Shown: positions 18,955 through 29,059, counted from the first letter of the stretch. The stretch is DNA of 64,000 bases from Smithellaceae bacterium (GCA_963667845.2 CAXXVL010000002.1:1280001-1344000); one strand, 5' to 3'. A program made the numbers and translations. The notes: generated from the sequence alone by a model not told the origin.

Positions 18955-21276
18955 ATGGCATTTATGAAGAAGTATTTCGGCATATCAATATCATGCGTGG
19001 CTGCCGTCCTGGTTTTGGCGGCGGGTTGGGCGGGATCCGGCTTTGCGGCCAGGATTGATGACGGATCGCCTGTAAAACCCGCAATCGTATCGACGGTCCC
19101 GCCTATTCCGGCTGAGGCGAAAGAAAAATCTTCCGAGGTCGATTCCGCCGGGAATAAAGCAGCTGCAACGCCTTCGACCTCTGTCGCTCCGCAGGCGTCT
19201 GATGCTCCAAAGACGGCGCAGACCGTGAGCGCACCACAGGAAACCGTGCCGGCGAAAACGGATGAAGCCGCTGCGGTGTCCGAGCCGGGGCAGAAGCCCG
19301 CCGTTCGAAAAGCCACAGACAAGACTGCGGAAGCAAAAACCCCTGCGGCACCCTCGACCCGGAAGACTGCCGATAGATACGTCACGCTGGATTTCGATAA
19401 CGTGAATATTGAGGTATTTGTCAAATTTGTCAGCGAACTGACGGGCAAAAACTTTATCATCGATGAAAAAGTCAAAGGCAAGGTCACGATCCTTTCCCCC
19501 AGAAAGATTCCTCTGCGCGACGTATACAAAGTGTTTCTATCCGTTCTGGAAATCAACGGTTTTGCAACAGTTCCCGTAGGCGATATGATCAAGATCGTAC
19601 CTTCCGCCGTTGCGCGGGAAAAGAGTCTGGAAACAAGATATAAAAAGGAGGGCGCAGATTCGGATGACAGAATGGTCACGCAGATTATCGCTCTGGACCG
19701 GGCCAACCCCGATGAAGTCAAACGCGTGCTGGATCCGATTATCCCGAAAACCAGCTCGGTTCTGGCCTATGCGCCGGCGGGAATCCTGATCGTCACCGAC
19801 TATCTGTCCAATGTCCGGCGGCTGCAGGAAATCGTCCGGGCGCTGGACGTGGAAGGCGCGGGCGAACAGATCACCTATCTGCCGCTGCAAAACGCCTCCG
19901 CTTCGGAAGTCTCAAAATCGCTGACGACGATCTTTCAGCAACGCCGGCCCACCATGACGCCGATCCGGATCGTGGCTGATCCCCGGACCAATTCCATGAT
20001 TATCCTGGCGAGCGTCGCCGATACGGAAAGCGTGCGTAAGCTGGTCGCGATGATGGATAAGGACGTGCCGCGCGGTGAGTCCAATATTCAGGTCTATCGC
20101 CTGCAAAACAGCATCGCCGAAGATCTCGCCAAGGTGCTGAATAACATCATCAAGGACACCGGCAGCCAGAGCTCTGGAACAGCTCCCGGCGCCCAGGCGC
20201 AGCGCGTGGCCGTGCCCGTGGTGTCCAGGAACGTACAGATCGTGCCGGACAAGGCCACCAACACACTGGTGATCATGGCGGAGCGCGAGGACTACAAGGT
20301 TCTGGAGAGCATCATCAAGCAGCTCGATGTGCCGCGGCCGATGGTTTATATCGAAGCGCTGATTATGGAAGTCAATACCACGAAGGACTTCAAACTGGGT
20401 GTGGAATGGAGCGGTGTGAAGGACACGGGTCAGATAGACGGCAAGACAGGGACCGGCTCGGCGGCCTTTGTCAGTTCCGGCACCGGCGTTCTGTCGAGTC
20501 TCACCACGACCGCGGTCGGCACGAGCACGCTTTTGGGATTTCCCGCCGGATTTTCCATGGGTATTCTGGGCGCGGGGATTAAGATCGGCGACGTGCTGTT
20601 TCCGACGATCGGAGCAATGGTCCAGGCGTATAAGACCGATTCCGATGTGTCGATTCTTTCCACCCCGCAGCTGATGACGCTGGACAACGAGGAAGCGGAA
20701 ATCAACGTCGGCTCCAATGTGCCCTATATTACCCGTCAGGATTCGACATCAACCACTGCCGCCTACCCGGTCAATTACAACACCTATGAATATAAGGATG
20801 TCGGCGTGATTCTGACGATCACCCCTCATATCAATGTTGAAGATTTTGTCCGCCTGAAGATTTCCCAGCAGGTTACGAAAGTAACATCCGATCCGAAGAG
20901 CGCAACGCCGACCACCTTAAAAAGAACGGCCAAGACGACCGTCGTGGTCAAAGATAATGAGACCATTGTCATCGGCGGGCTGGTGGGAGACAGCACGGAT
21001 GACGGGACAAACAAGGTACCGGGGCTCGCCGAAGTCCCGATCGTGGGCTGGCTGTTCAAGGCCAAAACCGTCAAACGGGAAAAGACGAACCTGTATGTTT
21101 TTCTCACGCCGCATATTGTCCGCACGCAAAAAGACGCGGCAGCCCTCTATCAGCAAAAGAGAGAAACCATGGGTGAGGTCGTCGAAGGCATCATTAAGCT
21201 CAATGAACGGAAACAGGAGTCTTACCCGCAGGTGACACCCGAGCCCGTCGAAAAAAAGGTTCCGGCCAATCCTTAA
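18955..21276 (+). CDS. gspD: T2SS secretin D
   Basis: N domains (LDFDNVNI..TGKNFIID), LDVPRPMVYIEALIMEV, STPQLMTLDNEEAEINVG, LYVFLTPHIV. Confidence 0.95.
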   Translation: MAFMKKYFGISISCVAAVLVLAAGWAGSGFAARIDDGSPVKPAIVSTVPPIPAEAKEKSSEVDSAGNKAAATPSTSVAPQASDAPKTAQTVSAPQETVPAKTDEAAAVSEPGQKPAVRKATDKTAEAKTPAAPSTRKTADRYVTLDFDNVNIEVFVKFVSELTGKNFIIDEKVKGKVTILSPRKIPLRDVYKVFLSVLEINGFATVPVGDMIKIVPSAVAREKSLETRYKKEGADSDDRMVTQIIALDRANPDEVKRVLDPIIPKTSSVLAYAPAGILIVTDYLSNVRRLQEIVRALDVEGAGEQITYLPLQNASASEVSKSLTTIFQQRRPTMTPIRIVADPRTNSMIILASVADTESVRKLVAMMDKDVPRGESNIQVYRLQNSIAEDLAKVLNNIIKDTGSQSSGTAPGAQAQRVAVPVVSRNVQIVPDKATNTLVIMAEREDYKVLESIIKQLDVPRPMVYIEALIMEVNTTKDFKLGVEWSGVKDTGQIDGKTGTGSAAFVSSGTGVLSSLTTTAVGTSTLLGFPAGFSMGILGAGIKIGDVLFPTIGAMVQAYKTDSDVSILSTPQLMTLDNEEAEINVGSNVPYITRQDSTSTTAAYPVNYNTYEYKDVGVILTITPHINVEDFVRLKISQQVTKVTSDPKSATPTTLKRTAKTTVVVKDNETIVIGGLVGDSTDDGTNKVPGLAEVPIVGWLFKAKTVKREKTNLYVFLTPHIVRTQKDAAALYQQKRETMGEVVEGIIKLNERKQESYPQVTPEPVEKKVPANP

Positions 21277-21296
21277 GTCCGGAAACGGTTGTATCT

Positions 21297-23084
21297 ATGT
21301 CCACCATCCTCACAGCTCTCAAAGCATCCGGAAGCCCGGATAAGGGTGCCGCCATTCCCGGCGACAATAAAGGATTGTCCCTGGATGAAAGACTGCTTGC
21401 CGCAGGTGTATCTCCCGAATCACTGACCGAAGCGCACAGCGTCAAGGGCGGTGCGGGTTTCGTTGAACAGCTGGTCCGCAAAAAAATGATCGACGAAATC
21501 CGGCTCATGAAGATTTTGTCGGAGCATTTCGGCATCCCTTTCCGGCAGGAACTGCCGATGGAGAGCATCAACATCGATTTTACGCAAAGCGTTCCCATCG
21601 CCTATTTGAAGAAACACAGGATCGTGCCGATCATCACCGCAGACGCTCAGGTGATCGCCGTCAATGACCCGATGAATTTTCAACCCGCCGACGATCTGCG
21701 GCTGCTTTTGCGGGCGCAGAATCTGCCGGTGGTTCTGGCGACGCAGGACGCGATCAATGCCGCGATCAACCTGGCCTACGACATGAGCCGCTCCTCCGCC
21801 AAGGATTACTTTGAGGAAATGAACGAAGCCACGGCCGACGATCTGATTTCGGAAATCAGCGAGACCGCCGATCTGCTCGACGAAACCAGCGACGCCCCGA
21901 TCATCAAGCTCGTAAACCTCCTGGTCTCCGGCGCCATCAAGGACCGGGCGAGCGATATTCACGTCGAGCCGTATTCCGCGAACCTGAAAATCCGCTACCG
22001 GATTGACGGGATTCTGTACGATATCCTGAGTCTGCCGCGCCGGATTCAGTCGCCGCTGGTTTCGCGCATCAAAATCATGGCCAAGCTCAACATTGCCGAG
22101 AAGCGTCTGCCGCAGGACGGCCGGATTGAATTAAAGATCGCCGATCGTTTAGTGGACGTACGCGTCTCGGTGCTGCCCACGGCCTTCGGCGAGCGGGTCG
22201 TTTTGCGCCTGCTTGATAAATCCTCGAACATCCTGCTTTTGTCGGATCTGGGCATGCACGATGAGCGCATCAAGCTTTTGGACCGCCTGATCAAATCGCC
22301 TTACGGGATCATTCTGGTGACGGGGCCGACCGGCAGCGGGAAAACGACCACGCTCTACGCGGCGCTTTCCACGATCAACCGTCCCGAGATCAATATCATT
22401 ACCATTGAAGACCCGATTGAATATCAAATCGACGGCGTCGGTCAGATCCAGGTTAATCCCAAGATCGAACTTACGTTTGCCGCCGGACTGCGTTCGATTG
22501 TCCGCCAGGACCCGGATGTCATTCTGATCGGCGAAATCCGCGACCGGGAAACCGCCGAGATCGCCATCCAGTCGTCGCTGACCGGACACCTTGTTTTCTC
22601 GACGCTGCATACCAACGACGCGGCCAGTGCCGTGACGCGGCTGATCGATATGGGCATCGAGCCCTTCCTGGTCACGTCTTCGATTGTGGCAATTATCGCC
22701 CAGCGCCTCGTCCGCGTGCTGTGTCCGCACTGCAAGGAAGTCTACACGCCCGATGAAGAAACCCTGGCGAATCTTTGCCTCGATCCGTCGGTGCTCATGG
22801 ATAACACCTTTTACCGCAAGAAAGGCTGCAATCTCTGCATGCAGACCGGTTTCCGCGGCCGGACAGCTATTTTTGAAATTCTGGTCGTGGATGATAACGT
22901 GAAACGGCTGGTGTTGAAGACCTCTGATGCCAACCAGATCAACGAACTGGCCGTGAAGCAGGGCATGATCACACTCCAGCAGGACGGTATTCAAAAAGTA
23001 ATGGCCGGTATTACGACAACCGAAGAGGTCTTGCGCGTGACGAGATCGCTTGCCCGCAAGGAAGATATTGTTCAGGAAACCTAG
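21297..23084 (+). CDS. gspE: T2SS ATPase E
   Basis: RASDIHVEP, GPTGSGKTTTLY, EDPIEY, RQDPD, STLHTND and CxxC..CxxC motifs. Confidence 0.95.
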   Translation: MSTILTALKASGSPDKGAAIPGDNKGLSLDERLLAAGVSPESLTEAHSVKGGAGFVEQLVRKKMIDEIRLMKILSEHFGIPFRQELPMESINIDFTQSVPIAYLKKHRIVPIITADAQVIAVNDPMNFQPADDLRLLLRAQNLPVVLATQDAINAAINLAYDMSRSSAKDYFEEMNEATADDLISEISETADLLDETSDAPIIKLVNLLVSGAIKDRASDIHVEPYSANLKIRYRIDGILYDILSLPRRIQSPLVSRIKIMAKLNIAEKRLPQDGRIELKIADRLVDVRVSVLPTAFGERVVLRLLDKSSNILLLSDLGMHDERIKLLDRLIKSPYGIILVTGPTGSGKTTTLYAALSTINRPEINIITIEDPIEYQIDGVGQIQVNPKIELTFAAGLRSIVRQDPDVILIGEIRDRETAEIAIQSSLTGHLVFSTLHTNDAASAVTRLIDMGIEPFLVTSSIVAIIAQRLVRVLCPHCKEVYTPDEETLANLCLDPSVLMDNTFYRKKGCNLCMQTGFRGRTAIFEILVVDDNVKRLVLKTSDANQINELAVKQGMITLQQDGIQKVMAGITTTEEVLRVTRSLARKEDIVQET

Positions 23085-23099
23085 ACATTGAGGGTCGGT

Positions 23100-23687
23100 A
23101 TGAAGAAAAAACAAGGATATTCCGATGAGGTTTGCCGTTCGTTCGATCTGCCGGGTGCCCCAAATACCAAAGCCGTGCTGGAAATGGTCTGCCGCCGGGC
23201 CGAGCGGCCGGGCATCGTCAAGATCATCATTCCAACCTATTCCGGGAAAACGGCGCTTCTGGCCGCCGAAATGATTGATCCGGCTAGGATCGTCGCCGTC
23301 ACCACAGCCTATGGGTTTGATAAGCCCAACGCCCAGGTCATGAAGGAAAGCGTGCGGGATAAACTCCTCGAAAAAGGGATGCGGGTTGTGACCGGAACGC
23401 ATGCGCTGGGCGGCGTGGGGCGCTCCGTACGCAAGAAACTGGGCGCTTATCAGGTGGATGAAATCATTGCCTATACGCTGCGCATTTTCGGACAGGGAAC
23501 CAAAGTGGCAATTGAAGCTGCACTGATGGCGGCGGATGCCGGCTCAGTGCCGACGGATAAGAACGTCATCTCGACGGGAGGTTCGTCTTCCGGATTGGAC
23601 ACGGCGCTCGTTTTGCAGCCCGCCAACGCCAGCTCCTTTCTGGATGTTAAAGTCCGGGAAGTGATCTGCAAGCCGGCCTATTTCTGA
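23100..23687 (+). CDS. Stand-alone pyruvate kinase C-terminal-like domain protein
   Basis: SGKTAL, VVTGTHALGGVGRSV, FGQGTKVAIEAALMAADAG and GLDTALV motifs. Confidence 0.75.
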   Translation: MKKKQGYSDEVCRSFDLPGAPNTKAVLEMVCRRAERPGIVKIIIPTYSGKTALLAAEMIDPARIVAVTTAYGFDKPNAQVMKESVRDKLLEKGMRVVTGTHALGGVGRSVRKKLGAYQVDEIIAYTLRIFGQGTKVAIEAALMAADAGSVPTDKNVISTGGSSSGLDTALVLQPANASSFLDVKVREVICKPAYF

Positions 23688-23731
23688 TGATCCGGCGTCG
23701 TCGCGCCGGAAAGACCCGGACGGGTGGAATA

Positions 23732-24571
23732 ATGAACGGAAAAAAATCACATTTGATTCGCTTCCACAAGATGAGCGGGAGCGGCAACGACTTCATCATC
23801 ATCGATAACCGCGACCTGTCGCTGCCGATTGCCGATGTGCCGGATTTTGTCCGCCGTGTTTGCCGGAGGAAAGTCTCCGTGGGAGCGGACGGGCTCTTCC
23901 TTATTGAACCGTCCGCCGTCGCCGATTTCAAGTGGCAATTTTTCAATTCCGACGGCTCTGTTGCGGAGATGTGCGGGAATGGCAGCCGCTGCGTGGCGCG
24001 CTTTGCCCATCACGTCGGGTTTGCCGGGCCCAGGATGTCTTTTGAGACGCTGGCCGGCATTATTACCGCCGAGGTAAATGGCGACAGCGTCAAAGTCCGC
24101 CTGACGGATCCTTCGCTCCTCAAGCAGAATGTGAACCTTGCTCTGGCCGGGGGTGACTGCGGGATGGATGTTATTGATACGGGTGTGCCCCATGCCGTTT
24201 GTTTCGTTGAATTCGTGGAAGCAGTTGATGTTGCGGCGGTTGGGCGGGAAATCCGTCGCCACGAATTTTTCCGGCCCCGGGGCACCAATGCGAATTTCGC
24301 TTCCGTATTCGACCGGCATACCATGCGGGTCAGGACGTACGAGCGCGGCGTCGAAGACGAGACGCTGGCCTGCGGCACGGGCGCTGTGGCGTCGGTGCTG
24401 GCCGCCGCCTCGCGCCATCTGGTGGATTCGCCGGTGGATGTGACCGTGCAAAGCGGAGAAGTCCTGCGCGTCTATTTTTCCGGGGAAGGCAATCGTTTTG
24501 GGGAAATTTATCTTGAAGGGAAAGTAAAAATGGTCTATCAGGGAGTGCTTTTTGAAGAAGCCTACCAATAA
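23732..24571 (+). CDS. dapF: Diaminopimelate epimerase
   Basis: KMSGSGNDF, EMCGNG, GVPH and YERGVEDETLACGTG. Confidence 0.95.
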   Translation: MNGKKSHLIRFHKMSGSGNDFIIIDNRDLSLPIADVPDFVRRVCRRKVSVGADGLFLIEPSAVADFKWQFFNSDGSVAEMCGNGSRCVARFAHHVGFAGPRMSFETLAGIITAEVNGDSVKVRLTDPSLLKQNVNLALAGGDCGMDVIDTGVPHAVCFVEFVEAVDVAAVGREIRRHEFFRPRGTNANFASVFDRHTMRVRTYERGVEDETLACGTGAVASVLAAASRHLVDSPVDVTVQSGEVLRVYFSGEGNRFGEIYLEGKVKMVYQGVLFEEAYQ

Positions 24572-24593
24572 AAAACCCAGGAGGCCCCCAACT

Positions 24594-25763
24594 GTGCAAA
24601 CCGCTGATCGATTAAAGAAAATACCCCCATACCTGTTCATGGAGCTCCGCAAGAAGATCAACAAAGCCAAGAGTGAAGGCGTGGATGTGATATCCCTCGC
24701 GATTGGCGATCCCGTAGAAGCCACACCCGGTTCCATCATCGACGAGTTGTGCCGGTCTGCCCGTGACCCGCAGAATCACCGCTATCCGACAGACGAAGAA
24801 AAAGGCATGCTGGCGTTTCGCAAGGAAATCGCCCGCTGGTATGGCGAACGATACGGCGTCAGCCTGAATCCCGAAAATGAAATCCTGGGGCTCATCGGTT
24901 CGAAGGAAGGCTGCCACCATTTTGTTCTGTCCCGCGTCAATCCCGGCGATATCGTGCTCATGACCGATCCGGGCTATCCGGCTTACCGTTCCAGCATTCT
25001 GATGGGCGAGGGCGTTCCCTATAATATCCCCATTCTGGCGAAAAACAATTATCTGCCGGTCCTGGAAGATATTCCGACGGATCTGGCCAAAAAAGCGTCC
25101 GCGATGTTCTTGAATTATCCGAACAATCCGACGGGCGCCTGCGCCACGCTGGATTTTCTGGACAAGCTGGTGGCCTTTGCGGGCGAGAATGACATTGCCG
25201 TCTGTTATGACAATCCTTACAGCGAGATTGTCTTTGCCGGGCAGGAGCGCCTAAGCTTTCTTCAGGCTCCCGGCGCCAAAGATGTGGGTGTGGAGCTCAA
25301 TTCTCTATCCAAACCGTTTAACATGTGCGGCTGGAGGATCGGCATGGCCTGCGGCAATCCCGACCTGATTGCCGGGATCAGCAAAGTCAAGGAAAATACC
25401 GATTCCGGCATCTTTAACGCCGTCCAGTTTGCCGGCATTGCCGCTCTGCATTCTGAAGCGGGCTTCATCGAGGACATGCTCTCCATTTATGGCCGACGGC
25501 GGGAACTGGTTTTAAAGACCCTCAAAAAGATCGGTATTGATTTTAATCCGCCGCGGGGAACATTTTATCTATGGGTGCCGACGCCCAAAGGGTTGACGTC
25601 GCTCGAATTCACCAACCGTCTGTTTGACAAAACCGCCGTCGTGGTTGCCTCGGGAACGGCTTACGGCCAGTATGGTGAAGGCTTTGTCCGCATTTCACTT
25701 ACCGTGCCGGATGATAGATTGAAAGAGGCGATGAGTCGCATAGAAAAAGAATTTGCGGGATAA
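24594..25763 (+). CDS. dapL: LL-diaminopimelate aminotransferase (class I/II PLP enzyme)
   Basis: GTG start after AGGAGG; PPYLF, LIGSKEG, NYPNNPTG and SLSKPFNMCGWRIG; next to dapF. Confidence 0.8.
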   Translation: MQTADRLKKIPPYLFMELRKKINKAKSEGVDVISLAIGDPVEATPGSIIDELCRSARDPQNHRYPTDEEKGMLAFRKEIARWYGERYGVSLNPENEILGLIGSKEGCHHFVLSRVNPGDIVLMTDPGYPAYRSSILMGEGVPYNIPILAKNNYLPVLEDIPTDLAKKASAMFLNYPNNPTGACATLDFLDKLVAFAGENDIAVCYDNPYSEIVFAGQERLSFLQAPGAKDVGVELNSLSKPFNMCGWRIGMACGNPDLIAGISKVKENTDSGIFNAVQFAGIAALHSEAGFIEDMLSIYGRRRELVLKTLKKIGIDFNPPRGTFYLWVPTPKGLTSLEFTNRLFDKTAVVVASGTAYGQYGEGFVRISLTVPDDRLKEAMSRIEKEFAG

Positions 25764-25882
25764 CGCCGGAAAAAGTCTGTATGCGGCGTTGCGCTGCAGC
25801 CTCGGGTGTTGCGGCGTATGAACTATCCGCCTCACTTCCTTGGCCTTGCGCGCCTTGCTTCCAGAGCCTTTTGCGACGTTAT
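25760..25882 (+). repeat. Second copy of the ~125-nt palindromic intergenic element
   Basis: Shares TATGCGGCGTTGCGCTGCA and CTTGCGCGCCTTGC with 10087-10211; ends ATAACGCCGGAAAAAG / CTTTTGCGACGTTAT pair with each other. Confidence 0.75.
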
Positions 25883-25906
25883 TGAATTTATAGCAAAAAG
25901 AATATT

Positions 25907-25942
25907 AGGGAACGGTCGCATCACCTACTGAAACCGTTCTCT
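25907..25942. repeat. REP-like hairpin AGGGAACGGT...ACCGTTCTCT
   Basis: Related hairpins at 39076-39117 and 48707-48751. Confidence 0.6.
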
Positions 25943-26023
25943 GCGGTGAAAAGCATCATTCCGCTGCGGCGGGAATCGGGGAAGTAAAGCGTAAAGGTAC
26001 TTTGAAGAAAAGGTAGTAAAAAA

Positions 26024-27055
26024 ATGGAAATGGGTATTCTCGGTCTTCCCCAAAGCGGGAAGAGCACGTTGTTTGAAATTATGACCGGTGTGAAAAGTAG
26101 CCAGTTGCACGGCGAAACGGTTGTGCGGGGCCAGGCGTCCGTGCCGGACGCACGGTTCGACAAACTCGTCGAAATTTACAAACCGGTCAAAGTCTCTCCG
26201 GCCAAAGTTCCGTTCTCCGATGTACACGCCGTGGGCGAACACCCCTGGGAGGCCATCCGCCAGAACCTGAGCGGCGCGGATGCCATTCTGCATGTAGTCG
26301 ACGGTTTTTCCCTGCCGGATATTTCACTTGCGCTCGACGCTTATCGCAAGCTGGAAGACGAGCTGGTCCTCTCTGATCTTTTGATCATCGAAAAAAAGGT
26401 CGAACGGCTTGCCAAAATGTCCAAGAAGGCAATCTCGCCGCAGGAAACGGCGCAAAACGATCTTCTACCGAAATTGAAGGATTGCCTGGAAGCAGGGAAA
26501 CCGCTGCGGACGGCGGGGCTCACGCCTCTCGAAGTCTTCACGCTGCGCAGTTTTTCGTTCTGGACGATCAAACCGGAACTCGTGGTGATCAACGTGGCTG
26601 AAGACAATCTGTCTTTTGCCGATGAATTTGCGAAAGCCGCCAATCTCGCGGAACCGGTCATGGGAATCTGCTGCAAGATCGAGGCGGAGCTGACCGGGCT
26701 CGATGCCGCCGATCAGAAGGAATTCTTATCATCCATGGGCATTGCCGAACCGGCGTTCGGCCGCATCATCCGCGGCGCGTTTTCCTTGCTTGGCCGCATC
26801 TCTTTCTTTACCGTGGGAGAAGACGAAGTCAAGGCCTGGGTGATTCCCGCCGAGACGAAAGCACCCAAGGCCGCCGGCGCCATACACAACGACTTCGAAC
26901 GGGGCTTCATCAAAGCCGAAGTCATGTCTTATGATGATTTCATCGCCCACAACGGATCCGTTGCGCAGGTCAAATCCGCCGGACGCCTGCGCCTGGAAGG
27001 CAAAGAGTATATCGTTCAGGACGGCGACATCATCACCTTCCGTTTTAACGTGTAA
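26024..27055 (+). CDS. ychF: YchF/Obg-family ATPase
   Basis: GLPQSGKST, FFTVGEDEVKAW, AGAIHNDFERGFIKAE and EGKEYIVQDGD motifs. Confidence 0.9.
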   Translation: MEMGILGLPQSGKSTLFEIMTGVKSSQLHGETVVRGQASVPDARFDKLVEIYKPVKVSPAKVPFSDVHAVGEHPWEAIRQNLSGADAILHVVDGFSLPDISLALDAYRKLEDELVLSDLLIIEKKVERLAKMSKKAISPQETAQNDLLPKLKDCLEAGKPLRTAGLTPLEVFTLRSFSFWTIKPELVVINVAEDNLSFADEFAKAANLAEPVMGICCKIEAELTGLDAADQKEFLSSMGIAEPAFGRIIRGAFSLLGRISFFTVGEDEVKAWVIPAETKAPKAAGAIHNDFERGFIKAEVMSYDDFIAHNGSVAQVKSAGRLRLEGKEYIVQDGDIITFRFNV

Positions 27056-27110
27056 TGAATCGCCGGGAAACGGGACACAACATCTGCAAACGCGTCGAGT
27101 AGAAACGGGA

Positions 27111-27572
27111 ATGCTGCCGAAGATGAAAATTTATATTGCACGAGCGGTTATGGTTTTGACGGCCCTCGCTGTCTCCGGGTGCTGTGCGAGTTTCACCAAA
27201 GAAGTGATTGTCACACCTCAGGCGCCGGCTGCCATCGGCCCTTACTCCCAGGCCGTCAAATCCGGTAATCTGCTGTTCCTGTCCGGTCAGATCGCCATCG
27301 ATCCCCGGACCAACCAGTTTGTCGCCGGCTCCGTCGAAGACCAGACCAGGCGAGTGCTCGAAAACCTCAAGGCGGTGCTCAACGCCAACGGCATGACTTT
27401 GGAGCATGTCGTTTCCACGACCATCTTCCTTACGGATATGAATGATTTTGTCAAAGTGAATGCCGTTTACGGCACGTTCTTCAAGGACAAGCCGCCGGCT
27501 CGCGCAACGGTTGGGGTGTCCGGTCTGCCGAAGGGCGCTCTTGTGGAAATATCCGCCATCGCCGCGCGGTGA
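27111..27572 (+). CDS. RidA-family enamine/imine deaminase with an N-terminal lipoprotein-type signal
   Basis: APAAIGPYSQA, FLSGQI, PPARATV and LPKGALVEI; preceded by MKIYIARAVMVLTALAVSGC. Confidence 0.85.
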   Translation: MLPKMKIYIARAVMVLTALAVSGCCASFTKEVIVTPQAPAAIGPYSQAVKSGNLLFLSGQIAIDPRTNQFVAGSVEDQTRRVLENLKAVLNANGMTLEHVVSTTIFLTDMNDFVKVNAVYGTFFKDKPPARATVGVSGLPKGALVEISAIAAR

Positions 27573-27738
27573 AAACGTCTCGCGGCCGCGTAAAAGCCGG
27601 TTATTCGGGACGAGAAATCATAACCCTCATGGCGATTGCCGGAGACGCCATGATGATCAGCGGCATGGGTTGCCGGTGCTTCCGGAAGGAACTAGAGCTT
27701 TTCAGTTGCAGTCTGGACCGGCTTGTCCGGATAAATTC

Positions 27739-27766
27739 TTGACAAATCTTCCGGGCGTGTTATCAA
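27739..27766 (+). promoter_or_regulatory. Candidate sigma70 promoter for the SDR gene
   Basis: TTGACA at 27739, then TG-t-TATCAA, upstream of the AGGAGG RBS. Confidence 0.45.
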
Positions 27767-27816
27767 TTTTAGCATAACTTTACGGTGATTAACTCCATGA
27801 CTCAAAAGGAGGGTCT

Positions 27817-28581
27817 ATGCTCGAATCTTTGAAGGACAAAATTTGCTGGATTACGGGGGCGGGAACAGGAATTGGCCAGGCGGCTGCAATCTCCCTGGCC
27901 CGGGAAGGCGCGCAGGTGGTGCTTTCGGGGCGCAGAATGACCGTGCTGGAGAAGACGGCGGAACTGGCCGGCCAGACAGGCTCCAAAGCATCGATTGAAA
28001 TACTCGATGTTTCCGATCCAAAATCCGTCGATGCCGTGGCGGACCGGATCGTTAAACAGTACGGCCGTCTGGATATCCTGGTCAATAATGCGGGCACCAA
28101 TGTGGCTGAGCGCCATTGGGCAAAAGTGACGCCGGAAAAATGGAAAGAAGTGATCGACGTTGACTTAAACGGCGCGTTTTATTGCGCCCGCGCCGTTCTT
28201 CCCGCGATGCGCGCTCAAAAAGACGGTTTGATCATCAATGTGTCGTCCTGGGCCGGGCGATTTTATTCGCATCTGACCGGGCCTGCCTATAGCGCGGCCA
28301 AATTCGGTCTGATGGCCCTGAACGCCAGCATCAATATGGAAGAATGCATCAACGGGATCCGCGCCTGTGCGATGTGCCCCGGTGAAGTCTGGACGCCGAT
28401 CATGGACCGCCGGCCGGATCAGCTTTCCGATGAGGTCAAGGCGAAAATGCTCCGGTCCGAAGATGTCGGAGAGACCATCGCGTTTCTGGCCCGCCTGCCC
28501 AAAACGGTCTGCATCAATGAGCTGATTATCAGCCCGACATGGAATCGCCTTTATATCAAAGATCTGACGCCGCAGCCTTAA
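27817..28581 (+). CDS. SDR-family oxidoreductase
   Basis: TGAGTGIG, NNAG and YSAAK motifs. Confidence 0.9.
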   Translation: MLESLKDKICWITGAGTGIGQAAAISLAREGAQVVLSGRRMTVLEKTAELAGQTGSKASIEILDVSDPKSVDAVADRIVKQYGRLDILVNNAGTNVAERHWAKVTPEKWKEVIDVDLNGAFYCARAVLPAMRAQKDGLIINVSSWAGRFYSHLTGPAYSAAKFGLMALNASINMEECINGIRACAMCPGEVWTPIMDRRPDQLSDEVKAKMLRSEDVGETIAFLARLPKTVCINELIISPTWNRLYIKDLTPQP

Positions 28582-28597
28582 AGAAAGGAGACCGTCG

Positions 28598-29059
28598 ATG
28601 ACGCCCCAGGAGATGAGAAAAAAATCCATCGGAATGATGGCGGTCGAGCGGTTTCATTGCAGCCAGGCAGTTGCCGCCGTGGGTCAGGAAAAGCTCGGCC
28701 GGGGAAATGATGACGTGATCCGCGCGATGGGCGCTTTCGGCGGCGGACTGGGGGGCAACGGTGAAGTCTGCGGTGCGCTGGCCGGGGCCCTCGCAGTGAT
28801 CGGGCTGCGCTACAGCCGCGCACACGCCGATGAAAAGGAAAATCCGCAAATGTGGGCGGACACCGAGGAGTTGGTTCGGCGGTTTCGTGATGAAATTGTC
28901 AACCGTGACGGAACCATCTACTGCCGCGATATTGCGCAGGTGAACTGGCTTAGCCGCGCAGAGGCCAAAGCATTTTATCAGGGCGACAAAGTTAAGGAAT
29001 GTATCCGCATTGTCGGTGAGACGGCGCTGCTGCTCGGAGAAATGCTGGAAAGGGGATGA
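28598..29059 (+). CDS. C-GCAxxG-C-C family putative redox protein
   Basis: HCSQAV, FGGGLG..GEVCGALAG, YCRDI and C-terminal Cys. Confidence 0.85.
   Translation: MTPQEMRKKSIGMMAVERFHCSQAVAAVGQEKLGRGNDDVIRAMGAFGGGLGGNGEVCGALAGALAVIGLRYSRAHADEKENPQMWADTEELVRRFRDEIVNRDGTIYCRDIAQVNWLSRAEAKAFYQGDKVKECIRIVGETALLLGEMLERG

Noticed and set aside
28598..29059. Selenocysteine read-through in redox proteins (also the thioredoxin at 39143)
   Set aside because: All motif positions are ordinary Cys codons; no in-frame TGA seen.
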